Of a stretch of 64,000 nt of DNA, positions 53,160-63,305 are shown in pieces. Both the position numbers and the translations under genes were made by a program. The stretch's first letter is position 1; every line of letters begins with the position of its first letter. The stretch is from contig OZ316895.1 of assembly GCA_973895155.1 (NCBI GenBank), positions 14,636,716 through 14,700,715 of the forward strand, in the 5' to 3' direction. This stretch comes from Marsupella aquatica (Eukaryota; Plantae; Marchantiophyta). The notes beneath the pieces were generated by a model, which ran no database searches, was not told the origin of the DNA, and saw only the letters and a program-made list of their open reading frames with translations.

Positions 53160-54385
53160 GATGAGACGCAGAATTGGAGAGCGAATTCGTCCGAAAGGTC
53201 ACAGCTTCCCTCTCGCTTTCTTGCTTTTCTCAGAGCAAGGAATCCTGTAGAAAGAAAAGTGGAATATCCGTCGATTCCACCCGCAAACTCGCTTGTGGTT
53301 TTAATATCACCGCGTCCTTCACTAATCGTGCAATTAGACGTATGGTGCGTTCTACGAGAAACAAATAATGTCCATTTTAGTGAAGCTCTGAAAGCGACGA
53401 ATAGCAGCAACCGAGCACTTCTCTCCTGAAGATAAAACCTTCAGACAACCCGCGCAATGTAATTTACAGCCAAAAACCAGCAGCGAATGTTTCCCTTCTA
53501 GAACACAAGCTGGCAAAAGCTAAGGCCTTGCTGACGGCATACCATCTTACAGCCGTTTTCCATTCACAATCGCGAAAATCCGATGTCCGAACGCACTTAG
53601 ACCAATATGTCCACCTCTCTTCCCACGATTGGTAGCACCGCAACACAATTATGCAGACCGATAAAGAGGACTTTCTCCCGCCCGCAACCAGAAACCAAAG
53701 CGCTCCCTGTAGCTAACCAAGACACGCGCTTGCATCGTGCCTATCTTTCCCTCCATCCATCTCAAGGCTCACGCTCCTCCTTCTCCGTAACCCCGAGCCG
53801 AGCCGAAGCGGTACCTCAGTCACGAGCAGCAAAGAATTGCTCTTTCTCTCTTCTCCCTGATTCCCTGTCGAACACTTCCAATTTCCTCTCCCGTCCAACC
53901 ACGACCACAGAAACACACAAAAATCAACGTCTTCGAGACTCCATATGCCAAGCAGCAAGCAATGTATGTCTGCTACTCTCGATTGCCTGCCACCCTTGTC
54001 GACCAAAAAGCTCCGCACCCCGGCTGCTACCGCTCCCGCCAGTCGATATCAAACGAAAAGCTGCTTTCAATAGCTCGCGTGGAAGAGGGCAAAGGATAAA
54101 TGATGAGGCAGGCGATCCTCCTACTCGAAAGAGGTCTAGAGAGGAGCACCGCAGCAAATTAATACGCGCGAGTAGGAGATCCAAACTTGTCGGTACTTCC
54201 GCCTAATCTTCGCGCACACTTTCTGCAGAGGCGCATTTAATTCGTCGTGGCTCGCTCTTTCGCTACACGACCGCAACCCCCAATTTTGTTATTTTGAATA
54301 TCCGAAAGATCCCTCCGGAACTCTTCTGCACGGGACGGAGAAGTTTTCACGCCTTAGGGTTTCCGTCCAGTCAACAGTCATCACT

Positions 54386-54552
54386 CAGTCGATCGCCTTC
54401 TCGAGCTCCGGTCTGGTCTGGTCAGTCAGTCGATCGCCATCTCGAGCTCTGGTCTGGTCTGGTCTGGTCTGGTCTGGTCAGGTCAGGTCAGGTCAGGTCA
54501 GTCAGTCAGTCGATCGCCTTCTCGAGCTCTGGTCTGGTCTGGTCAGTCTGGA
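54386..54552. repeat. (GGTCT)n/(GGTCA)n microsatellite interspersed with 3 copies of cagtcgatcgcc.tctcgagctc
   Basis: Seen directly, upstream of the SLD gene next to a telo-box (ttagggttt at 54354). Confidence 0.85.
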
Positions 54553-54591
54553 CATGGCCCTCACGGCCCCACGGCCCCAAAACACGCGCAG

Positions 54592-55032
54592 GTCCCTACG
54601 GTAGTATTGTACTTAGAGCTTTTTAAGTACATGGCCACTAAGGGGTCCACTAATAAAACACTTTCACGTCCCTACGGTAGTATTGTACTTAGAGCTTTTT
54701 AAGTACATGACCACTAAAGATTGGTCCCTATTGTACTTAGAGCTTTTTAAGTACATGGCCACTAAAGGGTTTTTAATAAATAATATTTTACCTCGTTTTT
54801 GCATATATAAATATGACAGCCTTCTTTAGATATGGTTTGCCTTGGCTATGTCCGGGGGAAACTGAACAGTCAAGACGTCCTGAGACTCGAAAATGTGCTG
54901 ATCGTGAAATTCATGAGGACTCGATAATTTTATTAAGCCACAGGCTCGAATCCGTCCTGCGGCTCGAAAATGTGCTGATCATGAAATTCATGAGGACTCG
55001 ATAATTTTCTTAAGTCGCAGGCTCGAATCCGT
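54592..55032. repeat. Two sets of short direct repeats (~50 bp x3; ~78 bp x2)
   Basis: tattgtacttagagctttttaagtacatg.ccactaa x3; ctcgaaaatgtgctgatc.tgaaattcatgaggactcgataatttt..ggctcgaatccgt x2. Confidence 0.9.
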
Positions 55033-55561
55033 GACATGGGAGCAATTGAGTGGCACAAAAGTTGTCAACTTTCAATTGGGCTCGGATTGGTCCAGGAGCT
55101 TCAAGACAAGGAAGCTCCATTCTTCCCGAGGCAACACTAATTGTTGAGCCATTCAGACTATATTACACTGAACAGAAGCCAATTTCCAAAAACATGACTT
55201 GACATCTTGACTACTTTCTCCACAGGGTTGCCGAGTGCAATCTGTGAATGGTTCCTTCTTCTTTTTGGTGTAAAAGCAGCCATCACTTTACACAGTCCAG
55301 GATGGGCAAGGATAACATCTCCATCCATCTGGATTGATGTGGTGGATTTGTAGTCAATATATGAAAAGTGTGATATATTTGTAAATACAACAACCCAATT
55401 GTAATTGGAATATCCTTAGTGACAAAGTAATTAAAAGGTGATTGTACTTATTAATACTTGTCATCATAAGGTGTTGTAGTGGCATTGTCATGCCGAGGGA
55501 CAGTGCCGCTTGTGCACATGCACTTATTAATACTTGTCATCATAAGGTGTTGTAGTGGCAT

Positions 55562-55920
55562 TGTCATGCCGAGGGACAGTGCCGCTTGTGCACATCGGCA
55601 TGTCCCTCGCATGCCTGCTAGGTATGTAGTTAGGGCTAGTGTACTACTTGAGTTAGTGTCATGTTCTTGTAGCAAGTTTGGGCCGTTCTTGAAGCAAAAC
55701 GTGCTTGTTAGTGTGACGCCTTGACTTGATCTACTTAGGGCATGTCTTTCTTTGTCGGTTTTCAGTTCTTCTTGAATCGCTGTTGACAGAGCTCAGACAG
55801 TGCTCGTCGGTTCCGTACACGGGATTCACACAGTGATTCGTTAGATGCTCCCGGCTGATCTTGGCATCCTGCCGGTTTTCGATTCAATTTCAGTACGATT
55901 GTTTCTCTTACGCCTTTTAT
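55562..55920 (+). repeat. Terminal repeat segment A1 (359 bp; starts TGTCATG, ends CGCCTTTTAT)
   Basis: Direct alignment with A2. Confidence 0.92.
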
Positions 55921-55933
55921 TCAAGAAGAACTG
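55919..55933 (+). promoter_or_regulatory. Putative self-priming primer-binding site
   Basis: attcaagaagaactg is the exact reverse complement of cagttcttcttgaat (55763-55777), which overlaps an Inr-like TCAGTT in A1. Confidence 0.75.
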
Positions 55934-57231
55934 TCGAGTTAGCGGTGACGGGAAGAAGATTTCTCGTGGCAGTTTTGACAATTTTTGGTTAAGCCATTGC
56001 AATTTCCTCGATAGACATTGGAACGAGGCTTCAAAACTATGGGTTTAGTGTGGAGTTATGTGTATACTTAAGTGTATACACATAACACTCCCGTCGGGGC
56101 CCAGGTTTTCCTTTTCCGGCCGCAACCTTCTTTGTGACCTACATCGGCGACTTGCTACCGACTGCACAGGCCGCTGCGCCCTCGCTCGCATTTTTAAGAC
56201 CCTTGTTCGTTAGTTTTTATGGGCATTTTCCCGGCCACGGCTGCCGCGCGACCACTTCCCTTCCGACCGCGCGCCCCGTTTTTCTCTTTTTCGCCGTTTC
56301 CGGCCGTAGTCTCCCCTTTGCCTCCCTCCCGATCGCATAAGGCAGGCTGCGCATAGGGCATCATGCCCTCTCGTTTTGACAGCATTTAATTAAGGAGGCA
56401 GGGAGTCGACTAGCCGAGCACAAGCGCGAGGGGGGAGACAGAGCCTAGGCAGGCAGCAGCGCAAGGAGTGGGCACGAGGCCCTATGCTGCATTAAAGGGG
56501 GAAGGGGAGTACATACGACTCCCTTCTCGGGAGTCCTCCTGCAGCACACGAAGCAGCATTAAAGCAGGGGGAGACAGAGCCGAGGTAGTGGGCACGAGGC
56601 CCTATGTGCTACATTAAATGGAGGGGGGGAGTACATATGACTCCTTCCCTCAGGAGTCTCCTGCAGGGCATGGAGCCCATTTTCAGCCTTAAGGAGGGGA
56701 GGGGAAGCGAGGCAGCATTAAAGGAGAGGAGGGGGGAGTTTGTAACCCCTTTTCGGGAGCTCATAAGGAGGGGGCGCGAAGCCCTATGCAGGGCTCGTGC
56801 CATTAAGAGGGGCCCCTGCATCCGCCATTTCTTTCCCTTCGCTGAGTGTCCGAAGTGTATACACTTAATTCGGGCCCTTTTCTTTTCGTTTTCGGCCGTT
56901 CTCGCTCATTCACCACGTGCGGGATGCCAGCATAGGGCATTGGGGCCGGCCAGTCCTTCCATTTTTGGGTCCACATAGGGGCCTGAGGTATATACTTCAG
57001 GGGGCCCATTTTCCTCATATTCCTTTGCTGTCGCCGACGTCAGGTCGTCTATATACAGCCCGGTATATACACAACGGACGGTCAATTCGGCATATACATA
57101 GGCAAACGCGAAGGGGGCTAAATTTGAGGTTTTAAGGGTCCTTTTTCCCCGACGGTTTTTTGACGGTGACGGTTTTTCCTGGTGTTTACACATTTTGCAC
57201 GTTTTCAGTATATCCGGTATTGCAACACAGT

Positions 57232-58269
57232 ATGTCAGCAGACGAGCCAGGAGGTAGCAACACATCACCGCCGACATCCAGGTACCGTTTACGGAGTGAT
57301 CCACGACTATTGGTGCCAATTTCATTGGAGTCTCAGCAATTTCGACGACGTCCGTAGACAGCAGCAGCACCCACACCACGCAATCCTTCTGCTCAATTTG
57401 GCGGTCGCTTCACCACTACTCCAAAGCCTGCTATCACTTCATTGCCATTTACCCCTTCTGCATCCGTGGTTGTTCCTGCTTCACCGACATACAGCATGGA
57501 CGCCAGCCACTCATCTGGCCGCATTGAACGCTTCAGTGGGCGGCCAGACATTGTTTCTTTGCGTGAGTTCAAATCCACTTTCTACACTGTCATTTATGAA
57601 TTGGAGTTGAAGTATGGCAGCAATTTCACAAATGCCTTTGCATTTAAACAGCTAGCCAGGTATGTGCACCACGAGGTTTTAGATGTGTATGAGCAGCACT
57701 CTCAACGGCTGCTTGCCGTCACACAATTGCCTAACCCTGCCTATGCCATTGCAATTGCGGCTGCCTCACAACTGGCATTACAGAATGCCATTGCAGCCCA
57801 TGCTGCTGCTCCTGCCACTTCCCTTTCTACTCCAGTTCCCACCATTGCACCAGTTACTCCCACTATCTTGGCACACGCTACATCAGGCATTTCTCCCACC
57901 ATTGATTCCCCTGCCTTTGCTGATCCAGTGGCTGAGTCTTTCCAGGTTCTTGAATTGGAATTCCCAATCAAGAGTGCTGACAAAATCATGCAGTTGGCCA
58001 CCTTTGTGAGGCAGCGCGATGAAACATTGAAGATGATGTATCGCCGGCTTCTCCAGCTGAAGGAGGACACCTAGAGCATCATTGACTTGGAAGCTGCTCA
58101 TTGCTATCTTCGCTCATTGGAGGGCACACTAGCTCTCCATTCGCAAGTGTTGCAGCAAGTATTCTCAGAGTTTGGAGATAGCTACACCCTGCTCAATGTC
58201 TATGACACTGCTGAGAAACTTGAGTTGGCCCATGCACATTATGAGGCCAGTATTGCGCGTCCACCGCGA
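57232..58269 (+). pseudogene. gag: gag-like ORF of copy 1, with in-frame TAG at 57355 and 58072, truncated by insertion
   Basis: ORF pieces 57160-57357, 57442-58074 and 58087-58284 share one frame; IERFSG..LREF.. and RQRDETLKMMYRRL resemble retrotransposon capsid motifs. Confidence 0.7.
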
Positions 58270-58445
58270 TGTCGTGACATATAGTATCGTAGCCATAGTG
58301 TATCGAAAACATACAAGTCACCGGCAAGGCATATGTGCAAGCTGCTAGCAACCAACATGCATAGAAAAAGTCCAATCACATTCACAAGTGCCAAGAAAAA
58401 GCAAATGAAGTGGTATGTACGTAGTGGAGGTGTAAACCTCTGTAT
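58270..58445 (-). repeat. Terminal repeat segment B2 (176 bp; ends ..CACGACA)
   Basis: Direct repeat of 58807-58982 with 3 transitions. Confidence 0.95.
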
Positions 58446-58804
58446 ATAAAAGGCGTAAGAGAAACAATTGTACTGAAATCGAATCAAAAACCGGCGGGAT
58501 GCCAGGATCGGCCAGGAGCATCTAACGAATCACTGTGTGAATCCCGTGTACGGAACCGACGAACACTGTCTGAGCTCTATCAATAGCGATTCAAGAAGAA
58601 CTGAAAAACCCACAAACAAAGACATGCCCTAAGTAAACAAAGTCCTGGCGTCACACTAACAAGCGCATTTGCTTCAAGAACGCCTGGCATTTGCTATAAG
58701 AACATGTCACTAACTCAAGTCGTACACTAGCCCTAACTACATACTTAGCGGGCATGCGAGGGACATGCCGATGTGCATAAGAGGCACTGTCCCTCGGCAT
58801 GACA
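58446..58804 (-). repeat. Terminal repeat segment A2 (359 bp; starts TGTCATG on the minus strand)
   Basis: Inverted copy of 55562-55920. Confidence 0.92.
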
Positions 58805-58806
58805 AC

Positions 58807-58982
58807 TGTCGTGATATATAGTATCGTAGCCATAGTGTATCGAAAACATACAAGTCACCGGCAAGGCATATGTGCAAGCTGCTAGCAACCAACATGCATA
58901 GAAAAAGTCCAATCACATTCACAAGTGCCAAGAAAAAGCAAGTGAAGTGGTATGTACATAGTGGAGGTGTAAACCTCTGTAT
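58807..58982 (-). repeat. Terminal repeat segment B1 (176 bp), immediately after the PPT
   Basis: Direct repeat of 58270-58445. Confidence 0.95.
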
Positions 58983-59000
58983 CCCCCCCAGACCCTCGCC
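58983..59000 (-). promoter_or_regulatory. Polypurine-tract-like sequence (..GGCGAGGGTCTGGGGGGG)
   Basis: G-rich tract between the pol stop (59034) and B1. Confidence 0.75.
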
Positions 59001-59048
59001 CAGACCACAGCCAAAAGGAGGGCTGAAGAAAATTCAGGTAGCACGTGG

Positions 59049-59195
59049 AGCACATGAAGGGCAAAACCATAACCCTTCTGGCACCTGGGTAAGTTCAAGC
59101 CGAAGGCAGAAAAGATGGTACCCTCCATTGCAATTGTCACACAGCAGCATCTGGTCAGCATCATCAATTCGCAAACACACTTTGCAAGGGTAGTC
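59049..59195 (-). other. PHD finger at the integrase C-terminus
   Basis: DYPCKVCLRIDDADQMLLCDNCNGGYHLFCLRLELTQVPEGLWFCPSC (C4HC3 plus conserved W). Confidence 0.93.
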
Positions 59196-62100
59196 CACAC
59201 GTGGAATCCAGGTAGAAGTCACAATGGTGGGATCCAGGTTAGGCAGATGACAAGGGGCGCAATTCTTGGCATTGTCAGCAATTGTGCGCCCATCTGCCCC
59301 TTGTAACTCTAGCACTCCAGACGGTCGAATAGCTTTAACCCTGAGAATTGTACGACTGGTAGAGGTGTCTAGGGTGTCGTTAGCTTGCCGCTGCAAGTAC
59401 ACAAAATCTCCCACATCAAACTTCCTGACCTTGGGCTGAAAAGTGCCCCCTCGTGTGTGTGCATAACGCAGTGTGTCCCTATGCTGTGCAATGGCCAAAT
59501 TCTCCATGGCCATGGGCATAACCCTCCTGAATGGGGCAGCCCTCTCAGAGATCACATCAGACCAAGTCACAGCTGAATCCAAGTCTACCACCTGAACCAT
59601 GTGAGCAGCAATAGCAGAAGGTGGAACTGGGTGACGACCAAACAACAAGAAGTAGGGAGAAAAGTTAGACAATGATGCATGTCTAGACATCCTATACCCC
59701 ATGGCAATGTAGGGTAAGGCCAGGTCCCAATCCTCCTTGTTTTTGGTGAGGCAAATCTTCCGGAGACCCTTCTTGCATGTCTGAACCATGCGCTCTGCCA
59801 AGCCATCTGCCTGTGGGTGATCTCGTGACGTTCGGCGATGATCAATGAGGGCTTGATCAAGCAGCTCCTGGAACTCTCCTCTGAACTTTGATCCCTGGTC
59901 AGTGAGACATTCTGCACAAGCTCCAAAGCGGCTGTGAACTTGTTGCAGGAATGCCTGGCTCGTGCTACGAGAGGTCTTATCCGGCAATGCCACAAGTTCT
60001 ATCCACTTGGAGAAATGCTCTATCATGATCATGATGTAGAGATTATCCTGAGACGTGAGGGGTAATTCTCTAGCCAAATCACATGACCAGCGATAAAACA
60101 TGCCCTGAATAGGGAGTGGATGAAGTGTGGGTTGCCGAGATGTGAAAGAAGTCCTCACCCTATCACATTGTTCACACCGAGCAATAACATCTTGAACCTG
60201 GCCATGCATGCCTCTCCAATGATAATGAGGGACCAAGAGGCTGTAAGTCCTCTTAACGCCAAAATGACCAAGCTCATAATGTACCTTACGGATAAGGCCA
60301 ACCCTCTCATGAATGGGTGGAACCACCACTTCCCTGTCTGGCAAGCAGCGCATGAGATGATCTCCCTTCCACAAGTAACGCTTGGACCTTTGCTGAATTC
60401 GGTCTCTCTGGGTTGCAGTAACATGTATGGGGTACTCCCCATGCTGCAAAAATCTCATAGTGTCGCTGTCCTCCCATATGTCCACCACAGGTTGGTCAAC
60501 GATATAGCATGGCAGCAAAGCAAGATAGGTAAATGCATGAAATGTAGGCAGGATGGAAACCTGGTCAAAATCCTGCCGTGCATCTGAGGGATCATCAGAG
60601 GCAATCAAAGGGCTGCGGGACATAGTGTCAACATTTTGATGTGTCACACCAGGCCTATGAATTACCTCAAAATCATACTCCTAGAGTATGAGTGCCCAAC
60701 GAGCAAGCTTGCTAGTAAGCTTGTCGTTGGTCATCAACCACTTCAAGGGCTGGTGGTCGGTGTAGAGAACAAACCTGGTCCCATAGAGGTAGGGCCTGTA
60801 ATGTATTACAGCCCACACAACAGCAAGGCATTCACCCTCATAAGAAGAATAATGACTCTCTGTCTGATTGTTGCTCCTGGATGCATAGGCAATGACGTAC
60901 TCTTTACCTTCCTCATCATGCTGGCCTAGAATGGCACCAATCCCAAGGGCACTCCAATCTGTGTGTAGCACAAAGACCTTGCTGAAATCAGGTCTTCTCA
61001 GCACCGGGTATTCTGAGAACTTCTCCTTCAAAGTGGCAAATGCTGCCTTAGCATCTGTACTCCATGTCCAAGTCACATTATTTTTCAACAAAGAGTGCAA
61101 TGGATGTGCAATGGTACTGAAATCTTTGATGTAGATCCGGTATTAATTGCACAGCCCAATAAAACTCCTCAAAGTGTGAACATCGGTAGGAGTGGGCATT
61201 TCCAAGATGGATACCACCTTGGCCCAGTGAGCCATGGTTCCATTTGGAAGAATGCGATGCCCAAGATATACTACTGATCTGACAGCAAATTCACACTTCT
61301 TGGGGTGTATCTTTAGGTTCACCTTCTTAAGCCTCATGAATAGCTCCTCAAGGTCAAGTAGATGTTGGTCAAATCCTTTGCTGTGGACCAACACATCATC
61401 AATGTAGCATTTCAGAAACTCAGCACCTTGAAGAACCTGGTCCATGACTCTTTGAAAGAATATGGGCGCATTCTTCAAGCCAAATGGCATCACCAACCAC
61501 TCCCATAGTTGGTTACTACCATGGAAAGCTATTTTCTTGCGGTCCTTTGCAAACAGCAAAATCTGGTTAAAGCCTTGCCTTAGATCCACAAGAGTGAAGA
61601 TGTCTGAGTCTCCAATGCTGTCAAATAGCTCCTCTGGCCGTGGCATGGGGTACCTGTCCTGGGGTGTGACCAGGTTCAGTGGCCTGTAGTCCCCACACAT
61701 GCGCTTCTCTGTCCACAATCCACTGGAATCCTTCTTTGCTGGCATCACTGTAGCTGCTGCAAAATCTGATGTAGATGGCTGAATAAGACTAGCTTCATAG
61801 AGCTCTTGGCATCTCTCATCCACCAACTGCCACTCATGCTTACTCAAACGGTGTCTCCGCCTGAAGATAGGTGTTTCATCAGCCAAATCAATGGAGAACT
61901 GCATAGTCTTGCACTTACCCAAGTCCTTCATAGAGAAAGCAAACACATTCTCATGCTTGAGGAGCAAATTCAGCAGCTGGTCCTTCTGTCTTTTACTCAG
62001 GTGGTTGCCCATGATGAATGTGTAGTTGGCAACACTAGGAATAGGACCTGATGTACTCGTGCTTGAAGAGCCAGAAGTGCCAGCCTCTCCACTGTCCAAG

Positions 62101-62364
62101 CTGCTAGCATGCTGCTGATAAGATGATGAGGCCTCTCCAAGGCCTGCTATATCTGTTGCTCTGGTCTGATCCACACCATGAAACTCAGAAATAATGTCAG
62201 CCACATTACAAGGGACCTCCTCCCCCCCAACACTTGGACTGAAGTGGTGAGTGTTGGACAGAGGTAAATGCACCTGGTCTGGATGCCATGTAGCAGCACC
62301 ATGGAGTGGTAGGGCTAGAACTCCTGATGCTGGATGAATGTACATCTGAAAAAGGATGCAAGTG

Positions 62365-63305
62365 ACCAGAAGCCAAGTGAGAGCATTAAGATCCATTACC
62401 CTATCAAGTAAAGCATTCCTGGCCAGCCTGGTGATTTTGGTGTGACTGTAGTACCGGGTTGGAAGCCCATAGCCCGTTCTCTCTCCTCAGGACTAGGTTC
62501 ATCCCATGTACCGGTGGAATGTCGATAAACCAGGCCAGGACCATCACCCTGAAAAGCATGTGCACCTAGAAAGGACACAAATGTAGGCCAAGCAACACGG
62601 GGCTGTCCAATGGTATTAGCTGGATACCAAGGTGCTGGCTCTTGCCGTGTAACCGGTTGGCAAGAACTGTCAGGATCCAAAATCTGGTCCACTATGAGGT
62701 TAGTGACCCTGGATGTGTGGTGAAGAGCTAACTCCAACAAGGAAGGTGGTGCAAGGTTAGTCCAAAAGTTACGAAGACGATGTGCATAAGAACCATAGTG
62801 CACTGCATCAATGAGAAGGGGTGGTCCCAAGTAGTGCTGGACCACACTGAAATCCTCTTTGACCTGTGGACGCTGGTCAAACTGAGATGGAGTATTCTCA
62901 ATGATATAACCAACAGCAAGATAAAGGGATTGAGCCCAGATGAGAATCAAAACCAATGCTGTGAAAAGGCCAGAACGAGAATCATGCAGTCCAGCACCGT
63001 GACCAGCAGCTGAAAACCCTTGGCATTCCCAACCAGCAATGATCAAATCAAGGGAGCCAAGAAGGGTTAAGTGCCGGTGCTGGACAAGCTGGATATCTGG
63101 AGGAAAGAAAGAAAATGCAGACTTCCATGCACTGTGTGGAAACTGCTGAGGAAATCGCTCTGAAAATTCCAGTAGACGGGATTCAGCCACTTGCCTTGCA
63201 CCTGGATCAATATCCACATAGATGTACTGCTTCACCACCATGCCAGACTATAGGAGAGCTTCCAGGCCTGTAGAAATACCACCAAAAAGCTCAAGCAATG
63301 TAAGG
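62365..63305 (-). other. C5 cytosine DNA methyltransferase domain (DNMT3/DRM-like) within pol
   Basis: Motif I LLELFGGISTG, II YVDID, IV DLIIAGWECQGFS, VI IIENT, VIII HRLRNFWTNL, IX EERERAMGF, X RNALLDRVMDLNALTWLL (after the frameshift). Confidence 0.9.

Larger units (their letters stand above)
55562..58269 (+). mobile_element. Retrotransposon copy 1 (5' part): repeat A1, self-priming site, GC-rich leader and gag; interrupted at 58270 by copy 2
   Basis: A1 (55562-55920) is ~90% identical by manual count to the reverse complement of 58446-58804; a gag-like ORF follows. Confidence 0.85.

Noticed and set aside
53607-54206. 199-aa plus-strand ORF
   Set aside because: Antisense to the probable 5'UTR and intron of the SLD gene; no domain signal.
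58270-58804. Ordinary solo LTR (TG..CA, 535 bp)
   Set aside because: No TSD flanks it, and it would not explain why A1 and B1 break at the same base next to the primer site and the PPT.
62394-62398. TAATG stop/start overlap as programmed reinitiation separating DNMT and RT ORFs
   Set aside because: DNMT motif X (HTKITRLARNALLDRVMDL) lies in the downstream frame before that ATG, so a 1-nt frameshift near 62450 explains it better.
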